From Bispira polyomma (taxonomy: Eukaryota), in assembly GCA_965649765.1 (NCBI GenBank), contig OZ287749.1:20770001-20834000 (forward strand): a stretch of DNA of 64,000 nt, written 5' to 3'. Below the pieces are notes generated by a model. That model was given only the letters and a program-made list of their open reading frames with translations. It made no database searches and had not been told where the DNA came from. The position numbers and the translations under genes were made by a program. Every line of letters begins with the position of its first letter. Position 1 is the first letter of the stretch. Shown in pieces: positions 1 to 10,326 of this stretch.

Positions 1-118
1 TGCCCTATGATATGATGTGGCAGTCCCTCAAAGATTTATTAAAGAATGAAGTTATGTCTGTAACATGCCCTATGATATGAAATGGCAGAATCTCAAAGAT
101 CTATTTAAGAATAAATTC
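1..118 (+). repeat. Two tandem ~65-bp copies of the RRM1 exon 3' end (MPYDMMWQSLKDLLKNE / VCNMPYDMKWQNLKDLFKNK), probably decayed duplicates of an exon just upstream of the window
   Basis: TGCCCTATGATATGA recurs at 1 and 66. Both copies translate to the hnRNP M RRM1 motif NxPYDxxWQxLKDL. Neither has the phase-1 GT donor required by exon 859 (copy 1 reads GAAG|TTATGT). Confidence 0.7.
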
Positions 119-858
119 AATGTTTTCAATGGAAAACTAACTGGTTATTTGACCATAGCGGTCAATTTTGTGCAATTGGAAAATAAGTGTTTCAATAACA
201 TGCTAAATTTGAGAAATGAGGTGACATTTCATCGAAATAAAGAGTAAAGGTTTACTTGTAATTTGAAAAATATGTATTACTATTTACGTTTATGCTAAGC
301 TTCATTTTTTTTTTGGAAGAAAGTGCATGGAAAGTTGGTAATTAACTAAAGTTACTTTAATCGAAAATACTTGGTACTTCACAGGTTAGTGTCAATGTAA
401 TATAAGTTATAAAAAAGTGATAGATTTGGCAAGTTCCGACAACTCGCAGCTATGTATGCATATGATACTGGCTGCAAACGAACATTTCACATTGAAGAGT
501 TGAAGCACTGAATATTTTAGTAAAATTGTATCATTCGTCAATGTGATAGGAGTTAATATCGCTAGTCTCAATATTAAGGGAGGAATTTTAGCATTTGTTA
601 CATAAGGAATATGTCAAAACAAACAACTGTCTCTAAATTTGTTTCTTAGCTGGGCAATTGATTTGATTTAGTTTCCAGCAATCTAAAACATTTGTCAGAA
701 GGGCCATTGACTTTTGGGATAGTCTGCTAACTTTTTGGAGTTTTTAGACCAGCCATCTAGATCGTTCTCTTAACGAATTTCGACCACTGTGTTCAAGTCA
801 CTCATTTTAATGGACAAAATTTAAACACTTAAATGTACCAGTAAATTTGATATTTCAG

Positions 859-3800
859 TTGGATCTTCAGTTACGTATGTAGAGATGTATGAAAATCCCA
901 ACGGAAAACCTAGTGGGGCTGGGTAAGTAAAAAAATTTGCAACTTAGCAATTTATTATCTGTATTTAGAATTCTAGACTATTAAATTACCATTTTGTATG
1001 AAATTACTAATAATTAAGCGTCTCTTTTGCTTTTCAGTCAGGTTTTCTTGCCGCTGCATTATAGTATTCCTTTAATATCTCCTAATATTAATGATACCAA
1101 GACACATGTTGGTGACATTAATATTGAGGCTCTACTCGATTTTTTAGATCAATTGGGCCATAAATAACTGATGGAGGACTGATTCATTATCCAATGCTAT
1201 AAGACGCATTAAAAATATCCCCTTCTGGCACATATGTTTTCAATAGTAATTATATTAAAAAGTCTATCCCTTTTCTTCTAAATATGGGGGCCGCGATGGC
1301 CTAGTGGTTGGCAAGCATTGCCCTTCACAATCACTGGTCTCTCATCTCTGGGCAGCGTGGGTTCAACTCCCGTAGATGCCTATGTGGGAAAGGTGGTAGT
1401 TGCTTATTGTGGGCCGCTGGTTTCAGCGCAGAATCTTGATCAACGGTATGCAGTGTTTTCTCCAGCGTTTCCAACTACCTGTCCAAATATAACCTAAACA
1501 GGTACTAGAGTGGACGTTAAATATCCCAATTCAAATTCATCTAAATATGATGGGTGAATGCACTGATATGGAAAGATTCACCTTAAGTTTAAGGTTACCT
1601 TGAACTTATTAAAATTATGTCAATAATAATACAATTATTACACGTGTCAATGAATAGTGTTGAATACATCAATGTTTTTTCAGTTGGCTTAATCTTATAG
1701 ATTTCTATACAAGGTTGATCAAAGCTGTAGCTAGTCTGTGTCCCCACTCGCATAACTACAAAGCCAATACTGACTATGCTCATTAAGCGTTGAGATATAA
1801 ACTTTAATTAATATTGTGTGCAGAATTCAGAGAGTAGCCAAACAGCCAAATATCATAGTTACACTTCTTTGTCTTCCAATATTTAATTCCATTTTGTAAT
1901 CTTCAGAGCTGTGGAAGTGAGGGGGGCTGATCTTGCAGAACAGGCTATTGAAAAGATGGACAGGTTTGATGTCAATGGCAGGAACATTATAGTCCGAGAG
2001 GTAAAAAAATTGCTGGTTATGTAAATGTAGTTAAAGTGTGTTTACCTGTAAATATAATTGAAGTGGTTACCTGTAAAATTAGAGCCAGGGAGGTGTAAAA
2101 ACCCAAAAGCGCTGCTCGAGTAAATATATTTGAATTGTTTACCTATAAATTTAAAAAATGTAGAATTAGACAAATATACAGCAGCATCCGTTAATGTATC
2201 CTTTGTGTCAAATTTTATTTTCCTTTTGCCTTTCTGTACATAACTTTGTGAAGTTGAAATAATATAGAATGTATTGTGAAGTTTTCCTTGAATTTTTACA
2301 ATATAATATTAGTTTTTCAGTTCATTTCCAGTTAAATTCTTTGCCAGTAAATCAAACTCCAAGCACATCTATATTTAATTTTGCTGTTTATTGTAGGAGA
2401 GAGACAGCGACCGTGCCAGACATAAAGTGGGCAGTCGGGATGAGCGGATGTCTGGGGGTGGTGACATTGGCAGTGGGATGGGTGGAGGAGGGGGCGGGGG
2501 AGGTGGTGGCATGGGCCACCCCATGGGTGGGGGCGGGAATATGGGAGGAGGTGGGGGCGGGGGCGGGGGCAACCTGGGAATGGGTGGTGGAGGAAATTTG
2601 GGAATGGGAGGAGGGGGCAACCTAGGAAACTTGGGTATGGGTGGGGGAAACTTGGGTATGGGCGGGGGTGGTGGTGGTGGTGGAGGTAGTAACTCTGCCA
2701 ATGTCCATGGAATTAGCCCTCAGATACTGCAGCAACTTAGCATTGACCCCAGTCATGTGACGAACCAAGTGTTTGTGGCTAATGTAAGTGTCAGGCTTTA
2801 CAATGGTGTGAAAAAGAAGAGAAAGTCCACTATTGTATTTAAAAAAAATTATTTGTTGGGTTTTACATCGCTTTCAAGTTTTAACAGCTTAGGTTATATC
2901 ACGATGGCAAGATTTAATGGTGGAAGAAACCAGTGCTGAATCACTGTAAACCACCAGCTAATGAAAAGTACCTAACAAACTTTTCCACATGAATTAAAGG
3001 AATGGGGATTCGAACCCACATTGGTGAGACACCGGTGGTTATTAGAAAGCACTTCTGACCACTAGGCAACCACAGCCCTTACAGCTACCATTGCAGTGGA
3101 ATTTCTAATATTTTTCAACACTTATGTTTTCATAATGCCTCTTCTATTTTATGAACATTATACACAAAATCTTGCTCTCAAAAAATCTGTAGTTTATAAA
3201 AGATTCCATTGTGTTAACCGTGTTAATTGGCAGGTTTACTAGATGTAAATAAGTTTATATATCTGAAAGACATAACTTGTTAAAGGTGAAATATTGTATA
3301 GTGACTAAAACAGAATTTGTGCAGAATGTGAACAAAGATAATTGTATTGTTAAGTTAACTAATATTTTGTGATCTCTGATTTTGCCAAAATAATCTTTAC
3401 CTTTCTTCACTCAAATTGTAGTCAATGTTGTCAAGTAAGGGCAATGTGTAATTCTAATCTGTCTCTTTATTTCCTAACTCTCTATCCGTTTTGGTAGATC
3501 TTTGTCAATTGTTTCTTCTAGCTGGATTACAAAGTGAATGACCGTAAGGTGCGAGAGATCTTCAAAATGGCTGGTAACATTGTGGACGTGGACTTTAAAG
3601 TAGATGAAGAGGGCAAAAGTCGAGGAATGTGTGTTCTAAAGTTTGAACATCCAGTGGAAGCAGTGCAGGCCATTTGTATCCTTTAGCTTTTTACTACTGA
3701 AAAAACAAGATTAGGGAGTTTTATCAACTAGAAGAAGTTTGTTATCTTAACATATTAAAACTTGTTAAAATTACATTTTACAAGTTTGTAATGAAGACGA

Positions 3801-6800
3801 TGGCTCTCGCCTAGTCTATATTTGGAGTCATGAGCTACAAAATGGTGTGTACTGAATGGGTCGGCTTCAGGATTTCAACCAAGCTGACTCCTGGCGAAGT
3901 TAATTACAGAAATTGTTACTAACAAAAATTCCAATTACAATAAAATTATCCAAATGCATGCCATTTAATTTTTGGTAACCTTGTTGTAATTGTTCCTTGC
4001 AGAAAAGTAAACTATATTATGATCAATCATTTAAAGTTAGTGTTCTATGGTTTCTAAAGATCGCCATTGAAATTGCAGGATTTTCCATCATTCTTAGTCA
4101 CTTGTAGAGTTCGAAACTCTTTAGCAACATACTGGGCCTACATATTTGGCATAGATGCAAGTGAATGTGTATATGGTTTTATTTTGATCCAAAGATGGTT
4201 TGCATTTCCTTTGACTGTGTACTCAGCAATGTTCAATGGACAGGTTCTCTATGACCGCACTATGACGGTCAAAATGGACAAGATGGGGGAGACCACCTTC
4301 TCACCCCAGCAAATACCCAACAAACTGCCCAGTGGCTTAAAGAGTATTGGGATGGGTTTGGGCTCCGGTGGTACACCCGTTAATGTCCAACAGATGCAGG
4401 GTAAGTAGGGGATCGTTTTAAGTGTTGTCATTGTTATTTATGATATAAACTGTATGTAGCCTCCTCCGTGTTTTGTCTTTTGTTTTGGTCTTACTAAATA
4501 ATGGAAATACTCAACATTGTGAAAGATATAGTAAAAGTATGAATACAGCATCCACATGCTCCTTTTTTTTACAGGCAAAACAAACTCTCACATCTACTGC
4601 TTGGAATTGCAGGAGTTAGCATAGACCTAGAATATAAATATTTTTCTGTTACCATAAGAAAATGAGTTAGAAAAGTAAAAGATAAGATTTAATTAAAATA
4701 AAACAGTAAATAGTGTCGCCCCTCCCCTGTTGTGTAGTTTATATTCCTAAATTTCAACAGCACACTGACAAGAGTGGGTCCAGCCTGATCTATCAAATTC
4801 ATGTCATACATTCAAAATCTACCCTGTTGAGTGCAAATCCTGTTTGAGTAGAGTTAATTCTTCTGGTCCCTTGAGGTTCTACTTCAAGGGGTTAAACAAT
4901 ATGTAATAATTAGTTATACAACTCTATTAAACATTTCACAAAGGAAATTCTCTTTAGCATTTGAATGTAAATGAAACATTTAATGAAATTTTTACAATTA
5001 CAAATATTTAATGATAAGACAACTACTAAACATGTGAAATAATGGAAGGTCAATATTAGTAAATAGTCTTTCCCGCTATTTCCGACTGTCCCAGGAAAAT
5101 AATACCCCTGGTAAATCAGGGTTTACTTATATTTACTGACCAAAGCAGTAATTTCACGTAGTTACAGAAATATAAATATTTAAATGTTGGCAACTGTCTT
5201 TAACCGGAGGATGAATAAATTAGGGTCATATTTTGTTGTAGGTTCATTCATGGGTAATCAACCAGGCACAGGAATGGGTATGGGTAAGTCATTGTAAACT
5301 GTAATTGTCACAAAGAGATGATAGACTGTGCAAAAATTTACTAGTAACATATAAACTTGGTCACGTTTATATTAGGTGTATATTTATATAATTGATCTAA
5401 TCTCTTGAAGTCGACATGAAACCCCAAAAATTCAAAATAACATAAAAATTTGTCAGTGTATTGTATTAGCATAATATATTGCAGCAAAAAAAAAAAAGAA
5501 AAAGAAGTGAATTTTACCTCTCTATATTGTGATGAATTATGTAACAAACATGCAGATATTGTCAAGTGTGCAAGATGGGGAAAGGTGCCCTCTAACACAT
5601 TGAGCTTTTTAACTTTACAAGTAATTGCAGTAACGAAGGGCCTTCGTGGTGTACTGTAAATCTGAGCCCCGGCATGTATGTGGAAAAGATGGCAGTTGAC
5701 TTGCTGAAAGCCGGTGGCTTACTGAGCTAAAAACCTTGACCAACCTACCCTGTTCATATTTTCTGCCTTGGGAAATGACTCCTAACATGTTAAACCCAAA
5801 TATATAAATGCCAGTAATGACTATCAAATGATATTTTCAGAGTGAATCATAAATGCCTTAGAGGAATAAATTTTGTTCAGCTGTTTTAGAGGTTTTTTGT
5901 TTAGCTGATATGAACATATGGGTATATGTATATCCACATTGACTTCCTCTTTATTGTCTTTCAGGTATGAACCCCATGGGTAGCAATACAGGGATGGGAA
6001 CTCAGATGATGGGTAACATGGGCGGCATGGGTACAGGTATGGGTACTGGCATGGGCAGTGGCATGGGTAGTGGTATAGGCGGGATGCCGGGTATGGGTAG
6101 CTTGGGCACAGCTATGGGGATGGGTATGGGCACGGGGAACATGGGCATGGGGAACTTAACGGGTGGCATGGGTTCCAGTCTGAGTGGGATGGGTGGGGAC
6201 ATGTCCCTGACGGGGGGAAACCTGGGCGGTATGGGGATGAGGAACAACCTGAATACGTCCGGTATGGGAGGCTTGGGGACGGGGATGAATGCCCTGGGTA
6301 CAGGTATGGGCAATATAGGCACAGACCTGGGAAACAGCATGGGCGGCATGGGTAATAATCTGGGTATGGGGGGAGGAGGGGGTATGGGGGGTCTGAGTGG
6401 TATGGGAGGAGGGGGAGGTAGTGGTGGTCTAGGAGGAGGAAGTATGGGGGGAGGGGTCAGCTCTCTCGGAAATATGGGCAATATGGACGGCTTCAGTCGG
6501 TCAGGGGCCAATCTGGGGGGACTTGGCGGCTCTGGTGGAAGAGACATGGAGAGTACCACAGTGTTCGTCAGAAACGTGAGTAGTTTGTGCTATTTGGAAG
6601 AGAGAGTGCACATGTTATCACCTAGCAACTTTACCACACCTCTCCAGGTGACAATGGTTTACCTTTGAAAGCTTTAATTTCATTGGTTCAGGAGCAATAA
6701 CACCTGAGTAACCTATCCTATGACTCAATTCAAGTCATTATATCATGGTCACGCATAGACCACACACGTGAATCAGAGTTGTTGTAGCATTTTTGGTACG

Positions 6801-9718
6801 TTAACTACCACGTGCCTTAAGTGTTGTGTGGTTTTGAGAAATGAGTTAATACTTAGATATCAGAATAAATGTTTATGTAGAGTCGAACATTGTATTGTAT
6901 TATGGATTTTTAACACGCCTAATTGGTGCGAGGCATTTAAAGCGTGACAACAGAATCAGTTATAACCAATAGAGAAGTCAAAAAAAACATTACAAAGGTA
7001 TATATTGTAAAAATAAAAACATAATGCATCTGTGAAAATCATTAGGGCAGCAAACTGTCATTTATAGAACTTGCTACATTTATGAGAAATTAATTTTTGG
7101 TTGTATGACATTGGCTGTATAATTGGTTGTTTTTTGCTAAATTTTAGTGGTAGAACTTGATTCAAATGGCTATGTATTGTAAACTTGTAATGTCACACAT
7201 TGCAAACCTATGTACGTATGATGTATTTGTAAAAAAATTCTAAAGCTGAAGCCTTTTTGTGAGGACTGAGTGCGTTACATTTGTCGAGTATGACCGTCAC
7301 CTTTCTCACAGTTTTATGCTTGGCAATTAAGTGTGTGACAATATATTGAAAGCTCAATATATCCTAATATATTTTTGCGCTAGAATATATTACCATATGA
7401 AATTGGAAAAGCAATAAATATTGAGCCCATCATGTTTGGAGAAATAATAAATATCGCCCAAGTGTGGGAGCTCATACAAGATATTTGTCGGCAACCAATT
7501 CAGAAATCTAGGAATGGATGCAGTGAATAAATAAAATATTGCCCAAAGTCACTGATATTTACTGTGCATGCATGTGCACTTGGGAATTAAGTTAGTTGAT
7601 TTTGATACTGGCTTTCATTTATCCTAATGTATTGGTAGAATATGATCCAAGATATTGCAATATAAGTGAATACGACTGGTATATCGCAATAAAATTTTCA
7701 AGCACAATACTCCCCCCCCCCCCTCCCCCCCACCACACACACACACACACACTTTTCCCCCTATTTTCGAGATGCACTATATTTCTTAATATTATATATA
7801 AAATATAATCTTGCAGGTCACAAAAATTAATCTACTCTATTGTAGCTTCCCTTTTCATTCTCGTGGCAAGATCTAAAGAGCAAGTTCAGCAAATGTGGTA
7901 AGTTACATTCTTTTATATACTGAATTTGTACTTGTTGGTGTTAAAGCTGCTTTTAGTTTTCGCTTTAAATTATAAAATGACTGTAATCGTTTTTTGTGTA
8001 TAATCACTTTATTAAAATATAAATTTACATAAATCAATGGAAATATTAACATTTGGGAGAATAAAACTGTGTTCAGCATATTAAATATTCAGATCATCAA
8101 ATTGAATATTCGCTTAATCAAGGATTTACTGTATTGTATAGTCTGAACACATTTTAAATACATTGATATGTGTTAAAAGTTCTGAGCACCTGTATTCTTA
8201 CGAACTAAGGACAATTAGTTTGTTATAAAAGGTTAATGTACTAAATTACTGACGGATATATATCCCTTCTTGTTATAGGTGAAGTGAAGTATGCCGAGTT
8301 AAAGATGGAGAATGGCAAATCTAAAGGTTTTGGCACAGTCAAGTTTATGACTTCTGATGATGCTCGCAGAGCAGTCAGTATCCTTTGTACTAATACCAAC
8401 ATGTATCGAATCAATGAAAGCTGTCATGTATGTTCAAAAATATTGCCCCTGAACAACGGCTGGGGCTTGGTTGGAAGTTGATGGGCTGCGGTGGCCTAGT
8501 GGTTAGCAAGCAATGCGCTTCAAAATCAATGGTCTCTGGGATCGGCTGGCGTAAGTTCGACTCCCGTCGATGCCTATGTGGAAAAGGTGGTAGTTCCTTA
8601 CTGTGGGCCGCTGGTTTTAGCACAGAACCTTGATCAACTTTATGCAGTCTTCCCTCCAGCGTTTCCAACTACCCGTCCCAATATAGCCTAAAACATGTAC
8701 TAGAGTGGGCGTTAAATATTCAAATTGAAATTGATTGGAAGTTGAACCGGGGACCTTTCTATGACCGGACCAACTCCTTAATTACTATGCCGTTGGAGAC
8801 CACAATAATAAAACCAGATTGTGTTGACTCTTGTTTATTGTGTTCCATATTGTGGAATGTTAAGGCCAAGTTGAAACCTTGGTGTATAGAGGTAACACTC
8901 GGTCATGGGTTTAAGTTTCATTTATGGCATGTATGTAGGAAAGTTGACAGTAGATTTGCTGAAATCTGGTGGTTTACAATTCCCCAACCAATAAAACTGG
9001 ATATAATACTAGATTTTGAAAGCTTAGTTAAACCCAAAGTAAATCTGAACAACATGGAATTTGTAGGCCTGGGCTAGAACTCACAAAGATTTTTATTCCT
9101 AAATTTTTGTCTTGGCTAATTTGATTGGCTGAAAATATTGTTTGAAAGAATCTAAGACTGAAAAAATTCAAAGAAATGTATTTAAAGAAGGCCTGCACAT
9201 ATGGTCCGTGATTAGGTTCTGTGTGTGTAAAGTTATCTGGATGGCTATGTACATAGTCATGGCCTGACCTCATTTTGAGCTTTGTACTCAAGACTAAAAA
9301 ACATTGTCTTGACAAAATTTCAATAACTACTTCCTAAAGCAGACTATTAGGAGAACTTTTTTCTCCTTCACTTATTGAGAGTAAAACTATCTCACAAAAA
9401 AGGTTTCGGAATCTATTTCGGTGATTCTATTTTATGTTGGCCATGGTATGATAAATATTCTGCAGTTGATGATAATAATTGATTTCTTCTGGATGATACA
9501 AGTTATGTGGCACTGTTTTGAAATCATTGTTGATCTCTTTTAGTTGATGGGGCTTTCTTAAGATATTTAAAGGTTTGTTTGTTTTTTAATGGGTTTTGCT
9601 GTAAGACACATGTATATATGGAAATGAGACATTTTGTTTTAACTCCCAATAATCAGATCTGATGAATGGCGCCCGTATTGAATCACGTCAGATTGAAGTT
9701 CGCCTCAACAGAGTGTGA
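859..9718 (+). CDS. MYEF2: hnRNP M / myelin expression factor 2 family RNA-binding protein (3 RRMs, Gly/Met-rich linkers), 5'-partial; exons 859-922, 1907-2000, 2397-2783, 3522-3675, 4227-4400, 5242-5283, 5965-6575, 7846-7897, 8279-8377, 9657-9718
   Basis: Spliced translation gives VTYVEMYENPNGKPSGAGAVEV...NGRNIIVRE (RRM1), QVFVAN|LDYKV...GKSRGMCVLKFEHPVEAVQAI|SMFNGQVLYDRTMTVKMD...LPSGLKSIGMGLG (RRM2 plus the family-typical linker) and VFVRN|LPFSFSWQDLKSKF...KMENGKSKGFGTVKF...RRAV|NLMNGARIESRQIEVRLNRV* (RRM3). All introns are GT-AG and phase-consistent. Invertebrates have a single co-orthologue of HNRNPM and MYEF2. Confidence 0.93.
1287..1539 (+). mobile_element. tRNA-derived SINE family A
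   Basis: A box TGGCCTAGTGG, B box GGTTCAACTCC, TSD TCTAAATATG. One of six copies in the window. Confidence 0.9.
2853..3078 (-). mobile_element. SINE family B
   Basis: Reverse-complement homology to 31260-31477, including the B box (GGATTCGAACCC on plus). Confidence 0.8.
3676..4226 (+). other. U12-type (minor spliceosome) GT-AG intron in RRM2
   Basis: 5' splice site GTATCCTTT; branch-like TTTCCTTTGAC at 4205-4215, 12 nt before the AG; no polypyrimidine tract. Splicing restores AVQAISMFNG. Confidence 0.93.
5637..5800 (+). mobile_element. SINE family C fragment (related copies ~8860-9040, ~43870-44020)
   Basis: Shared ATGTGGAAAAG(A/T)TGGCAGT.GACTTGCTGAA.GCCGGTGG core. Confidence 0.6.
8378..9656 (+). 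other. U12-type (minor spliceosome) GT-AG intron in RRM3
   Basis: 5' splice site GTATCCTTT; weaker branch TTTGTTTTAAC at 9633-9643, about 14 nt before CAG; no polypyrimidine tract. Splicing restores ARRAVNLMNG. Confidence 0.88.
8483..8734 (+). mobile_element. SINE family A (inside the second U12 intron)
   Basis: Homologous to 1287-1539; TSD TTGGAAGTTGA. Confidence 0.9.
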
Positions 9719-10320
9719 ATGACTAAAGTGAGTGATAGTCTTCACCACTGAGCTACCATTCACTGACTGAGATTCCTTCTACTTCAATCTTCCTGTATAT
9801 ATGATATACTCTTTTGACAGTTCATTCTGGTTCTGCCTTTTAATCCAGTTTTTGACAGTGCATTTGTTTATTATTGTCAACGATATCTCTCTGTCCCTCT
9901 GTATCTGGTTTGTAAAATACAAAGAAAAAGGATGATTGTTAGGTTTGCCTGCCTTTGATGCTGCAGAAGTTGTTTATAGATTTGACAAAATCATGGAATT
10001 GACAATTTTTGCTCTTTCTATTAGTGATTTTCTTCATATAAAAAAGGTTGAATGGTGTTCTTTTTTTTTTATAAAAGCCATTGCATTATATTGTGATGAG
10101 AATGGGGATTTGTACATTTGTTATTTGATGAAAAATACGTACGCAGACAGAAAGGGAGCTTTTTAGCGTGATGAAACGTTGTCATGTACATTTTGCATAT
10201 TTTTTTTCCGTTGTTTTGACTGGATACTTGTTTTCACAGCACTTTCCGGAGGAAGTAGACTTGTGTCAATATGTTGTAGATGCTTACAGATGAATATAAA
10301 TGTTCCACCTATTGTTCAGA

Positions 10321-10326
10321 AATAAA
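10321..10326 (+). terminator. Proximal polyadenylation signal of the MYEF2/hnRNP M gene
   Basis: AATAAA about 600 nt after the stop, followed by a U/GU-rich tract (10356-10375). Further AATAAA at 14414, 14546, 15633 and 15690. Confidence 0.55.

Noticed and set aside
1287-1380. tRNA-like A/B-box heads at SINE starts
   Set aside because: They do not form cloverleafs and continue into a shared SINE body with TSDs, so they are not tRNA genes.
2375-2701. Minus-strand polyproline ORF (108 aa)
   Set aside because: Antisense shadow of the GGN-rich Gly exon of the MYEF2/hnRNP M gene.
6002-6559. Minus-strand Pro/Ile/Met-rich ORF (185 aa)
   Set aside because: Antisense shadow of the Gly/Met-rich exon 5965-6575.
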